Shown one piece after another: positions 20,267 to 29,253 of a stretch of DNA of 64,000 bases. A program made the translations under genes and the position numbers. Position 1 is the stretch's first letter. Each line of letters begins with the position of its first letter. This DNA is from Gemmatimonadales bacterium (GTDB taxonomy: Bacteria > Gemmatimonadota > Gemmatimonadetes > Gemmatimonadales > GWC2-71-9): positions 68,795 to 132,794 of the forward strand of contig JAWOLH010000014.1 in assembly GCA_033853695.1 (NCBI GenBank), read 5' to 3'. Below the pieces are notes generated by a model that worked only from the letters and a program-made list of their open reading frames with translations, was not told where the DNA came from and made no database searches.

Positions 20267-20799
20267 TGCAGCCGCGCCGGCTCACCCTGTTCCTGGGCCT
20301 CGCGATGGCGGCGGCCCTCATCGTCGCCCTCGTGATCCGGATTCTTCCCCAGATCGAGCTGGTCGGCGTCGGGTCGAAGGCCCCGGTCTTTCACGCGATC
20401 GACCTGCGCACGGGCAAGCCCGCGAGCCTTGACGACTACCGCGGCAAGGTGCTGCTGCTCAACATCTGGGCGACCTATTGCCAGCCGTGCCGCGTGGAGA
20501 TGCCGGCGATCGAACGGCTGTCGCGGCGGATGGCGGGAACCGACTTCCACGTGCTCGCGGTGAGCGTCGACGTTGTCGACTCGACCGAGGTCGATGCCTT
20601 CGTCAAACAGCTCGGGCTCTCCTTCGACGTGCTGCACGACCGCCAGGGCGTGATCGAACAGCAGTACCAGACGACCGGCGTCCCCGAGAGCTTCGTGATC
20701 GATCGTCACGGCGTCATCGTCAAGAAAGTCATCGGAGCGGCGGAGTGGGATGGCCCGGTCAACGACGTGCTGATCCGCCGGCTGCTCGATGAGCGCTGA
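20266..20799 (+). CDS. TlpA/ResA-like thiol-disulfide oxidoreductase (thioredoxin fold), membrane anchored
   Basis: ATG 20266 shares a base with the rpe stop. Signal/anchor 'LTLFLGLAMAAALIVALVI', redox motif 'WATYCQPC', 'GVPESFVIDRHG'. Confidence 0.8.
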   Translation: MQPRRLTLFLGLAMAAALIVALVIRILPQIELVGVGSKAPVFHAIDLRTGKPASLDDYRGKVLLLNIWATYCQPCRVEMPAIERLSRRMAGTDFHVLAVSVDVVDSTEVDAFVKQLGLSFDVLHDRQGVIEQQYQTTGVPESFVIDRHGVIVKKVIGAAEWDGPVNDVLIRRLLDER

Positions 20800-21721
20800 G
20801 GTCCGACGCGGCCTGTTCCGCAACTGGCCGTTGAAGCTCGCTGCCGTCGTCCTTTCGCTCATCCTCTATGTCGCCGTCGCCGCTCAGGAGCAGGTCACCC
20901 AGGAGCAGCCGATGCAGCTCCAGGTGCGCGTCCCCCCGGGACGCACGCTGCTCGGGGCACCCGAATCGCTCACCGTCGTACTGCGCGGTAAGATCGCCGA
21001 GCTCCTGCGGGCGCGGCTGTTCCACCAGGTGCTCGTGCTCCAGGTTCCGGAGACCCTCAGCACGGCGACCTGGACCACGACGCTGCAGCCGTCGAGTGTC
21101 GAGATCCCCAAAGGAACAGACGTCCAGGTCTCCGAGATCAAGCCCGGGACCGTCACCGTGCAGCTCGACTCGGTCGCCAGCAAGGACGTCCCGGTCGTCG
21201 CGCGCGTGAGCGTACGACCCGATTCGGGGCAATCCCTGGATGGCGGCCTGCAGATCATGCCGAGCGTCGTGCATATCGTCGGTCCCCGCAAGCTGCTCGC
21301 CGCGATCGAATCGGTCGCCACGATCCCCACGGCGTTCGATGCAGTGCGGGGCGCATTCAGCCGCACCGTGGCGCTCGACACGACGCCGCTAGGGCTCGTG
21401 CGGCTCGCCCCCAAGGAAGTCCGCATCTCGGGGGCCACCCTCGCGGTGTTCGAGCGCGTGTTCAACCTGCTGCCCGTCGAGAGCGGCGCGGGACCGCTCA
21501 CCGGCTACGAGCTGCGCCCGGCCCGGGCGAGCGTCGTCGTACGGGGACCGGAGTCACTCCTGGCCGGGCTCACCAAGGACAGCCTCAAGGTCATCATCCA
21601 CCTCGGTGGTCCGGTATCCGACAGCGCAACGGTGCGGCTCATGGTGCTGGCGCCCCGTGGCATTGCCGCCCGGGCGACGCCCGAATCGGTGCTGGTGGTG
21701 CGGAAGCGCGGCCGTGGCTGA
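20789..21721 (+). CDS. YbbR-like domain-containing protein
   Basis: N-terminal 'FRNWPLKLAAVVLSLILYVAV' followed by repeated beta-rich modules ('VTVQLD...KDVPV', 'PSVVHIVGP...'), as in YbbR/CdaR proteins. Call from pattern only. Confidence 0.55.
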   Translation: MSAEVRRGLFRNWPLKLAAVVLSLILYVAVAAQEQVTQEQPMQLQVRVPPGRTLLGAPESLTVVLRGKIAELLRARLFHQVLVLQVPETLSTATWTTTLQPSSVEIPKGTDVQVSEIKPGTVTVQLDSVASKDVPVVARVSVRPDSGQSLDGGLQIMPSVVHIVGPRKLLAAIESVATIPTAFDAVRGAFSRTVALDTTPLGLVRLAPKEVRISGATLAVFERVFNLLPVESGAGPLTGYELRPARASVVVRGPESLLAGLTKDSLKVIIHLGGPVSDSATVRLMVLAPRGIAARATPESVLVVRKRGRG

Positions 21722-22763
21722 GGTCGTCCTGGGCATCGAGACCTCGTGTGACGAAACGTCAGCCGCCGTGCTGGTCGGCGGCGACCGTTCGCCCGACTTG
21801 GCCAGCCTCGTAATCCTGTCGCAGGACATCCATCAGGTCTTCGGCGGCGTCGTGCCCGAACTGGCGAGCCGCGCCCACCTCGCCGCGCTGCCCGCGGTGG
21901 TGGACCGGGCACGCGCCGAAGCGGGACTCGCCTGGAGCGCGATCGATGCGGTGGCGGTCACGGCGGGGCCGGGACTCGTCGGGGCGCTGCTCGTCGGCGT
22001 GGTCTATGCCAAGGCGCTGGCCTACGCCCGGGACCGCGCCCTCATCGGGGTGCACCACATGGAAGGGCACCTGTTCGCCCCGCTGGTGGAGGACCCCGAG
22101 CTCGCGCCTCCGTTCGTGGCGCTGCTGGTTTCAGGCGGCCACACGATGCTGCTCGACGTGCCGGCCTGGGGACGCTACCGCCTGATGGGCGCAACCCGCG
22201 ACGACGCGGCGGGCGAGGCGTTCGACAAGGTCGCAACCCTCCTGGGCCTCGGCTACCCCGGCGGCCCGGCCATCGAGCGGCTCGCCGGCACCGGGACCCC
22301 CGGCCGCTTCACGTTCCCGCGACCCATGATCGACCAGGGGCTCGAGTTTTCGTTTTCGGGACTCAAGACCGCGGTGCTCCACGCGGCCCGGGCGACCCCC
22401 GACCTCGAGCGTGACCGCGCCGACCTCGCGCGCGGATTCCAGGACGCGGTGCTCGACGTGCTGGTGGCGAAGCTCGAGCGCGCCGTCCGCTTGACCGGGT
22501 ACCGGACCGCCGTGCTGGGGGGAGGCGTCGCGTGCAGCCGTGCCCTGTCGGCGCGTGCCGCGCGGGCCCTGGCCCCCCACGCCCGGGTCGCCGTCGCCAG
22601 CCCGCGACTCAACGCCGATAACGCGGCGATGATCGCGCGCGCCGGGTGGTGGCACCTCGCCCGCGGCGAGCGCAGCGATTGGATGCTCGACGCACGCGCT
22701 GACCTTCCCCTTCCCGGCCTCGAGCCGTTCACAACCACACACCCCGTCCCTCGAACGCCATGA
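21714..22763 (+). CDS. tsaD: tRNA N6-adenosine threonylcarbamoyltransferase TsaD
   Basis: 'VLGIETSCDETSAAV', 'VHHMEGHL', 'LLVSGGHT', 'DNAAMIA'. GTG 21714 overlaps the upstream stop. Confidence 0.9.
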   Translation: MAEVVLGIETSCDETSAAVLVGGDRSPDLASLVILSQDIHQVFGGVVPELASRAHLAALPAVVDRARAEAGLAWSAIDAVAVTAGPGLVGALLVGVVYAKALAYARDRALIGVHHMEGHLFAPLVEDPELAPPFVALLVSGGHTMLLDVPAWGRYRLMGATRDDAAGEAFDKVATLLGLGYPGGPAIERLAGTGTPGRFTFPRPMIDQGLEFSFSGLKTAVLHAARATPDLERDRADLARGFQDAVLDVLVAKLERAVRLTGYRTAVLGGGVACSRALSARAARALAPHARVAVASPRLNADNAAMIARAGWWHLARGERSDWMLDARADLPLPGLEPFTTTHPVPRTP

Positions 22764-23602
22764 CCGTTTACCCGCTGGTTCTCCACATCGGCAGTCTCTC
22801 GATCACCGGCTTCGGCCTCATGATGATGCTGGCTTTCATCATGGCGGGATGGGCCATCCAGCTCGAGCTGCGTCGGCGCGGACTCGACGAAGAGTACGCC
22901 GCCGACATCGTCATTGCCGCCGTCCTCGGTGGGCTCGTAGGGGCGAAGGTCTGGTACTGGATCCTCACGGGGGGATCGCTCTTCAGCCGCGGCGGGTTCG
23001 TGTGGTACGGCGGGTTCCTGGGCGGCGTCGCGGGGGTGATCTTCAACAGCTGGCGCCGCAAGGTGCCGATCTCCTTCACAGCCGATCTCGTGGCTCCGGC
23101 GCTCACGCTCGGCTACGCCATCGGGCGCGTCGGCTGCTTCGTGGTGGGCGACGACTACGGCGGACCCAGCTCCCTCCCCTGGGCGGTGAAATTCCCCGAC
23201 GGGCTGCCGCCGACCACCGTCGGCAACCTGCAGCAATTCCATGTCGCGTTCCCGGCCGGGACGAACCCCGCGCAGCTCGTCGCCGTCCACCCTACGCAGA
23301 TCTACGAAACCGCACTCATGCTGCTCGCCACCGCCTGGCTCTGGAAGCACCGCGATCACCGGCACGCGACCGGGTGGCTGTTCTCCTGCTACCTCGTGAT
23401 CGCCGGGGTGGAGCGATTCGCGATCGAAATCCTGCGCGCCAAGGACGATCGATTCCTGAACGGATTCACCATCGCGCAGGCGACGAGCGTGGGCTTGGTG
23501 GCCGTCGGTGTCTACTTGCTGAGTAGGCTGAGAGCGCCATCAGCTGTCGGCTCTCAGCCGTCAGCTTTGGCCAAGAGAGCAGCGCCTCAAGCTGACGGCT
23601 GA
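22760..23602 (+). CDS. lgt: Prolipoprotein diacylglyceryl transferase
   Basis: Multi-TM. 'GRVGCFVVGDDYG', 'HPTQIYE'. 280 aa. The C-terminal tail reads into the inverted repeat. Confidence 0.85.
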   Translation: MTVYPLVLHIGSLSITGFGLMMMLAFIMAGWAIQLELRRRGLDEEYAADIVIAAVLGGLVGAKVWYWILTGGSLFSRGGFVWYGGFLGGVAGVIFNSWRRKVPISFTADLVAPALTLGYAIGRVGCFVVGDDYGGPSSLPWAVKFPDGLPPTTVGNLQQFHVAFPAGTNPAQLVAVHPTQIYETALMLLATAWLWKHRDHRHATGWLFSCYLVIAGVERFAIEILRAKDDRFLNGFTIAQATSVGLVAVGVYLLSRLRAPSAVGSQPSALAKRAAPQADG

Positions 23603-23620
23603 GAGCGGACAGCTGACGGC
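23536..23620. terminator. 31-nt inverted repeat (29/31 complementary, 23-nt loop) between convergent lgt and FTR1 genes; probable bidirectional terminator
   Basis: Left arm 23536-23566 is gccatcagctgtcggctctcagccgtcagct. Right arm 23590-23620 is agctgacggctgagagcggacagctgacggc. Both ORFs end inside it (stops at 23600-02 and 23587-89). Confidence 0.6.
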
Positions 23621-25362
23621 TTAAGGCGCATGACAACCCACGCCACAATCGCCAGCAGCACCAGCAGCCCTTGCAGGGCCAGCGACTGCACCGTCGGGTA
23701 AATGCCGAGGAACGGGACGCGCAGCCAGTCGAGCGCCTGAATCACGGTGGTGCCGAGGACCTGGCCCTCCTGCAGCTCCGCGACGCCTTTGCCCGCGAAC
23801 ACGAAAGCCATGTAGTACAACAGCGCCCCGGTCACGGCGAAGAACAGCTTCATCGGGATGCGCATCCCGAGCCGGATAATCCCTACGTACAGGCCCACGA
23901 GCACCGCCGCCGCGAGCGCCACGCCGAGCACGACAGGACCGGCATGGCCGGCTCCGCCCGAGACGAGCAGCGCCTTATAGAAGAGAATCGTCTCGACCCC
24001 CTCGCGGTACACCGCGAGGAATGCCACCGACGCGAGCGCCAGCGCCGACCCGGATGTGAGCGCCGCATCCACCCGCTGCTTCAGGAACGCGGTCCACCGG
24101 TCCGCTTCGACTTTCGAGAGCAGCCAGTAGCTGACGAAGAACAGCACGCCGACCGCCACGAGCATCGTGACCCCTTCGAGGGCGTCGCGCTGTCCCGGAG
24201 TCGTCTCGATCAGGAGCTCGAACAGGATCGCGGTGAGGATGCTCGCTCCCACGCCGGCCCAGGCACCCCACGCCACTTCCCCGCGCCGTTCGGCCGCGCC
24301 GGCCTTCGTGAGGAACGTCATCAGTGCCGCGATGATCAGAATCGCCTCGAACCCTTCGCGAACCAGCAGCAGGAACGACTGAGCGAGCAGGTTGGCGCTC
24401 GAGCTCTTGTCCGTCACTACCCGCTCGGCGTTTTCCAGATCACCGAGCAGTTGACGGTGCAACGATTCGACGTCGCTCCCGCCAGCGCGCTCCCGCATCT
24501 CGCGAAATTCGTCCTCGAGCCGACTGGCGAGTCCTGGTTGCCTCGCCCGCACGGCGCCTTCGACCCCTTCGAACGTCATGTATGCGTCGAATGCGAGTTG
24601 GGGTGAGCGGGCCGTCACCGCCGAGTCCAGCTGCCGCCGCACGGCCGCGAAAATCGCGGCGTCACCGGAGCCCCCGTATTGGAGGCTCAGGACATACGCC
24701 GCCACCGCCCAGCGATCGCCGTCCGACAGGGCGTGCTCGAATGCCGGCATCGACGTCCCGGCGACGCCGAGCAACAACTGGCGGTAGAGATCGACGCGCG
24801 ACTTGGCACCCATCACCTTGGGGTCGGTGAGGTTCGCGGGCGGTGGCGTGAGTCCCGAGGCGGCGGGCCCATCCCCGCGGCCCATCGATCCGTGACAGCT
24901 GGCGCACGCGGTTTCGAACACCACGGCCCCGCGTGCCAATGACGAGTCGTCTCCCAGTGGTGCCACCGGCTCGATGGTGCCGCCCAACCGCTGCGCGAGC
25001 CGTTGCCCGAGTGACTCGGCGATCGGAGCGAGGTCCTTCGGTGCCGCTGCACGATCGATCATCGTGCGCAGCACGCGCAGGGCGCTATCACTTTGGCCGC
25101 GGACCGCGGCCGGGAGTCCCGACAGCGCTTCACGGGCCTGGGCGATGAAGAGACGGGCCTCTTTTACCTCTTCGCTGTCGGTAACGACCCCCCCTGCGGG
25201 CGGCACGCCGAGGGCGTATTCCTTGACGGCGAGGGCAGCGGCGGCGGACACACGCCGTGCTACCGCGATGGAATCCCCCGTCTGCCCGTGAAGCGGGGTG
25301 ACGAAGCCGGTGACGAAGATGAAGCCGCGGAAGACGTTACGGAAGATGAGAATCGTTCTCAA
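23587..25362 (-). CDS. Cytochrome c / FTR1-family iron permease fusion
   Basis: N-terminal periplasmic part with haem motif 'CASCHG'. C-terminal multi-TM part with two REGxE motifs, 'REGFEAILI' and 'REGVETILF', typical of FTR1/EfeU. TTG start. Confidence 0.8.
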   Translation of the reverse strand: MRTILIFRNVFRGFIFVTGFVTPLHGQTGDSIAVARRVSAAAALAVKEYALGVPPAGGVVTDSEEVKEARLFIAQAREALSGLPAAVRGQSDSALRVLRTMIDRAAAPKDLAPIAESLGQRLAQRLGGTIEPVAPLGDDSSLARGAVVFETACASCHGSMGRGDGPAASGLTPPPANLTDPKVMGAKSRVDLYRQLLLGVAGTSMPAFEHALSDGDRWAVAAYVLSLQYGGSGDAAIFAAVRRQLDSAVTARSPQLAFDAYMTFEGVEGAVRARQPGLASRLEDEFREMRERAGGSDVESLHRQLLGDLENAERVVTDKSSSANLLAQSFLLLVREGFEAILIIAALMTFLTKAGAAERRGEVAWGAWAGVGASILTAILFELLIETTPGQRDALEGVTMLVAVGVLFFVSYWLLSKVEADRWTAFLKQRVDAALTSGSALALASVAFLAVYREGVETILFYKALLVSGGAGHAGPVVLGVALAAAVLVGLYVGIIRLGMRIPMKLFFAVTGALLYYMAFVFAGKGVAELQEGQVLGTTVIQALDWLRVPFLGIYPTVQSLALQGLLVLLAIVAWVVMRLKPSAVRSQPSA

Positions 25363-25414
25363 GTAAGGGTGCCCCGAAGTCTAGGCGGGCTCTTCAGACT
25401 GCGCAACCGAGCGT

Positions 25415-25798
25415 CTACGACTCGAGCACCGCGATTGCGATCGCCGCCGCATGCGTGTGCGACAGCGAGACCATGACCTGTCGCACGCCCATCTTGTCGG
25501 CCACCTGCTGGGCGAGTCCCGTCAACACCACCTCCGGTCGCCCGTTCTCGTCGCGCACCACTTCGATCTCCCGCCAGCCCACGCCTCGCGCCGCGGGGAT
25601 GTTTTGCAGCGCCTTGTAAACCGCCTCCTTCGTCGCGAGCCGGACGGCGACGCTCTCGGCTGGATCGAGCTTGGAGAGGCAGTAGCTCGCCTCGCCGGGA
25701 GTCAACAGGCGCTCGAACACGTGCGTCCCTTTCTCGGCGAGCATGTGGCGCACGCGCGCGACCTCCACGAGATCGACCCCCACGCCGATCGTGCTCAT
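25415..25798 (-). CDS. acpS: Holo-[acyl-carrier-protein] synthase
   Basis: 'IGVGVDLVEVARV', 'KEAVYKAL', 'VSLSHT'. 127 aa. ATG overlaps the upstream stop. Confidence 0.85.
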   Translation of the reverse strand: MSTIGVGVDLVEVARVRHMLAEKGTHVFERLLTPGEASYCLSKLDPAESVAVRLATKEAVYKALQNIPAARGVGWREIEVVRDENGRPEVVLTGLAQQVADKMGVRQVMVSLSHTHAAAIAIAVLES

Positions 25799-27954
25799 CG
25801 GGTCACGAACAGCCGCCGCCGCAACACGCGGCCGTCGAGCTGCAGGACGACGAGATACGCCCCGTTGGGCACGCGCCGCGCGCCGGCGGTCAGATCCCAG
25901 GCGTACTCCGTCGATCCCGGCGTCAACACCGCCGACACGAGCCGGTCGCCGCCGAAGCTATAGACGCCGATCAGCGGCGCGCCGGTCCCCACGGGCCAGG
26001 AGAAGACCACCTGGGATCCGTGCACCGGATTCTCCGACACTTCGAGCGCCGCCACGGGCGGGAGTGCCGCGAACGCGGCGGTGGAGTCGCTCGCGAACCC
26101 TATCGCGTCCAGCCACCACGTGAAGCCGACCGAGATGAACCGCACGCGCGCGCCCCGCGTGCCAATGACCGACGGCAAGTCGACCCGCACGGGATACCAG
26201 GCGGGTCCGTCCCCCACGATGTCGTCGACAGTGGACCAGCTCGCGCCGCTGTCGGCCGAGACCTGCACCAGTCCGTGCTGCTCCGGCGTAAACGTCGAGC
26301 CGCGATGTTTGGTCCAGAACTGCAGCCACAACCGGGACCGCCCGGCCAGGTTCACGACGGGCGAGGTCAAGGTGTCGCTCGCGGAGGTCGTCCATGCATA
26401 CGAGCCGGCGATCGCGTCGTTGGTACGAGTCCACCCCGTCCATCCGAGATCCGCAACCTCCGCGCCGCCGACCGAGATCAGCTCGCCCTCGAGCCCCGTC
26501 CCTTCGACCCGGAGGGCACGTGCCTGATCACGACTCACGTCGGACCGCCACCACGTCCGCACCGTGCCCCGGGACAGCGAATCGGTCTGCAGCGAGCGCT
26601 GCAGGATCCCGCCGCTCGGGCCGCGCACGCTGAGCGAGAAGGGAATGGGTCCCCCGGCGGGCAGGTTCACCCACGCCTCGGGCCAAATCGATTCGACGCG
26701 GGGCGGCGTGGGCCCGGTGCCGCTGGGGCCCGTCGCCAGCGAAGGATCCCCCGCGGCCGCGATGACGGCGAGTGCGAAGGGGAGATTGTCGTGGAACACC
26801 CGATCGACCAGGGCGGAGTCGTCGGGGAAGACGAAGCCATAATAAAGATTCGAGTCCGGGGTGCAGCAGCCGCTCGTGAGCTCGGTGGTGAATGCGATGG
26901 TCTGGTGTGACCGGTAGGCCCAGTCGGTGTACTCGCCGTTCGTGGGATACAGATTCCACGCGGGGCCGGGATGGTAGTACGGGTGAAAGGTGTCCGGAAC
27001 ACTGTCCCGCACCGCCGGGAGGATGTCGGTGCCGCCGAGCGCGCGATAGATCGGTAGATCGGGAGCGAGCGCACCTTCGCGGAACCCGTAGGGATACAGC
27101 ACGAGCCCGCTGTAGCTGTGGTAGGAGACCGAGAGGACCGGCGGATGCGCCGCGTGGAAAGCGATGATCGCCTTTGTCTCGGGCTCCGACGCGGGCCCCG
27201 GGCCGCGATACGTCTCGTTCCCCGTAGTGCCGCTCGAGCCGGCGTCGTCGTAGCCCCAGAATTCCGGGTAGTTGCGGTTGAGATCGACGCCGAATGTGCC
27301 GTCGCCGTTGTCGCGCCGGTTCTTCCGCCAGAAGCGATCGTTCGTAAAGGTATACTGGTAGCCGTCGGGATTTTCGACGGGGATCACCCAGATGTCGCGC
27401 GTGGCCAGCAGTCCAGGAGGCGCCGAATCGGCGAGCCACCGGATCAAGCGCATCGCCATCTCGGTCGATACCCACTCGCGCGCGTGATGGGTCCCCATGA
27501 ACAACACGTTGGGCCGGCTCGGCGCGTCCGCCGCAGCCCCGATCTTCACGGCGAGGATCGCACGCCCCTCGACCGACGCGCCGATCGAGTCGACGTGCAG
27601 CAAGGTGTCCGCCGCCGCCCATGCCTCGAGGGTGGCGCGAATGCCCGTAATCGGCTTGTCGAAGGAGCGGTAGACCGAGAAGCTGTCCCCCGCGGCCCCT
27701 AGCGGCACGCCCGGCACCGGCGCCGCGGCGAGTCCCGCGACGGCGAGTCGGCGCTCCGCATCCGGAGAGGCCACCACCACCGCCTCGATTCCCGTGGGCG
27801 TGCGGCGCACTCCCGCGACCTCGAAGCCGAGCCGGGCGAGCGAATCGAGTCCCGCCGGACCCGACACGCGGACCATCACGGGTCGCAGCTGCGCGGCCAG
27901 CGGCCCAGCGCCGAGCAGCGCGACGGCTAGAAGCCCAGCAGGACGGCGAGCCAT
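25795..27954 (-). CDS. Secreted M14-family zinc carboxypeptidase with C-terminal T9SS/FlgD-Ig-like sorting domain
   Basis: ATG 27954 gives signal peptide 'MARRPAGLLAVALLGAGPLAAQ'. M14 motifs 'MGTHHAREWVS' and 'NPDGY'. The last ~80 aa look like a CTD. The Arg/Gly-rich 186-aa N-extension in the tracked ORF is rejected. Confidence 0.8.
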   Translation of the reverse strand: MARRPAGLLAVALLGAGPLAAQLRPVMVRVSGPAGLDSLARLGFEVAGVRRTPTGIEAVVVASPDAERRLAVAGLAAAPVPGVPLGAAGDSFSVYRSFDKPITGIRATLEAWAAADTLLHVDSIGASVEGRAILAVKIGAAADAPSRPNVLFMGTHHAREWVSTEMAMRLIRWLADSAPPGLLATRDIWVIPVENPDGYQYTFTNDRFWRKNRRDNGDGTFGVDLNRNYPEFWGYDDAGSSGTTGNETYRGPGPASEPETKAIIAFHAAHPPVLSVSYHSYSGLVLYPYGFREGALAPDLPIYRALGGTDILPAVRDSVPDTFHPYYHPGPAWNLYPTNGEYTDWAYRSHQTIAFTTELTSGCCTPDSNLYYGFVFPDDSALVDRVFHDNLPFALAVIAAAGDPSLATGPSGTGPTPPRVESIWPEAWVNLPAGGPIPFSLSVRGPSGGILQRSLQTDSLSRGTVRTWWRSDVSRDQARALRVEGTGLEGELISVGGAEVADLGWTGWTRTNDAIAGSYAWTTSASDTLTSPVVNLAGRSRLWLQFWTKHRGSTFTPEQHGLVQVSADSGASWSTVDDIVGDGPAWYPVRVDLPSVIGTRGARVRFISVGFTWWLDAIGFASDSTAAFAALPPVAALEVSENPVHGSQVVFSWPVGTGAPLIGVYSFGGDRLVSAVLTPGSTEYAWDLTAGARRVPNGAYLVVLQLDGRVLRRRLFVTR

Positions 27955-28679
27955 TGTGGGGCTGGCAGGTATCCGCCCAGCACGAGCCCGAGCCAGATCA
28001 CGACGGTGGCGAGCGGCGTCCAGACGACGAACACGGGGACGAGCGACGGCCGCCACGACGTCACGGCGTCCACCTCGCCCCTCCAGCGTGTACGCTCCTG
28101 CTCGACTTGGGTTTCGAGCGTGAGCCACGCCGCCTCGAGACGGCGCGCCGCGGCCTCCTGCGCCGCGCGCCACTCGGCGCGGGCGGCGGCGTCGCCCGGC
28201 CAGGTTCGCGCCAGCGTCTCCGTCGCGCGGGCAACCTCGTCGAGCGCGGACTCGAGTGTGTCGGCGCCCGCGGCCAGTCGCGCGGCGATGGCGCGACGTT
28301 CGACGGGAGAAACGATGAGCTGACGGTACCGGCGGCGGGGCATGCGCACCCGCTTTGCCTCCGTCTCGATAACCCGGTCGAGCACGGCGGCGATCCGGTC
28401 GGCTGCCCTGCGGACGGCTTCCTCCCAGACGCGCGTCCAGGCATCGCGGTCCAGTGCAGCGAGTGCCCGTGCCCCGCCGTTCGCCGCATCGCGGCGCGCG
28501 ACTCCCGCACACTCCATTACGCCGGTCGCGAGCGCCTCGCGCACGTCATCCAGCGGCACCCACGGCTCCGTGACGCGCCGCGGGACGATGAGGCGTCCCA
28601 GGGAGGGACCGAGCTCCGGCACGCCGAGCGTCACCTGCGCCTCACCTCTGACCCCCTCGCTTCCGGCGAGGGGAACCAT
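27927..28679 (-). CDS. Hypothetical protein, Ala/Arg-rich helical region plus C-terminal TM anchor
   Basis: Starts at 'MVPLAGSEG...' (ATG 28679, 38-nt overlap with the CYTH gene) or GTG 28634. Ends with TM 'LVPVFVVWTPLATVVIWLGLVLGGYL'. Overlaps the M14 start by 28 nt. No known motif. Confidence 0.35.
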   Translation of the reverse strand: MVPLAGSEGVRGEAQVTLGVPELGPSLGRLIVPRRVTEPWVPLDDVREALATGVMECAGVARRDAANGGARALAALDRDAWTRVWEEAVRRAADRIAAVLDRVIETEAKRVRMPRRRYRQLIVSPVERRAIAARLAAGADTLESALDEVARATETLARTWPGDAAARAEWRAAQEAAARRLEAAWLTLETQVEQERTRWRGEVDAVTSWRPSLVPVFVVWTPLATVVIWLGLVLGGYLPAPQWLAVLLGF

Positions 28680-29253
28680 CGGCGGAGGACAGTCGCGCAG
28701 AGCGGCCGGTGCGCCGGTGATAGGCGTGCATGAAATACGGGAGGGATTCCGACCGAAACCGCTCGCGCTCGAGGCCCGTGGCCGCGATGGCCCGCTCGAT
28801 GGCCGAAGGAGAACCTTCGACCTCCAGCAGCGTGTCCATTCGTGGGTACCGTTCCAGGCGCAGGATGGCGTGCCCCAGACGATACACCTCGACACGCCGG
28901 TCGATCGACTCCGATACACGAAACCCGAGCCGCACCAGTACCATGTGCAGCGCGGCGGGATCGGGGACATCGAGCTCCAGCTCCAGGCGGTGGCGGTAAC
29001 GGCCCCCGGCCCGGGCGCTCGCCGCGCCCTTCCAGGTGAGCACCGCCCAGGAGCGGCCCCGCCCCTCCGACCGGTACGTCCGCAGTCGCAGCACCTCGTC
29101 GCGGCTCACGAGCGTTCGGCCCCGATCGTAGCGCCGGTCCGCCATGCCACCGCGGAATTCGACCGTGGCTCCGGCGCGTCGCAGCCTGCGCCGCAGCTCC
29201 GCGGGCCTGGTGACGCGTGCCTTGACCTCCAGCTCGTCTTTGGGGCTCGTCAC
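28642..29253 (-). CDS. CYTH domain protein (class IV adenylate cyclase / triphosphatase family)
   Basis: GTG 29253 overlaps the HAD stop (GTGA). N-terminal ExExK signature 'ELEVKARV', then 'LRLRTY', 'LTWKG', 'ELELDV', 'LEVEG' beta-strand acidic pattern. Confidence 0.7.
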   Translation of the reverse strand: MTSPKDELEVKARVTRPAELRRRLRRAGATVEFRGGMADRRYDRGRTLVSRDEVLRLRTYRSEGRGRSWAVLTWKGAASARAGGRYRHRLELELDVPDPAALHMVLVRLGFRVSESIDRRVEVYRLGHAILRLERYPRMDTLLEVEGSPSAIERAIAATGLERERFRSESLPYFMHAYHRRTGRSARLSSADGSPRRKRGGQR

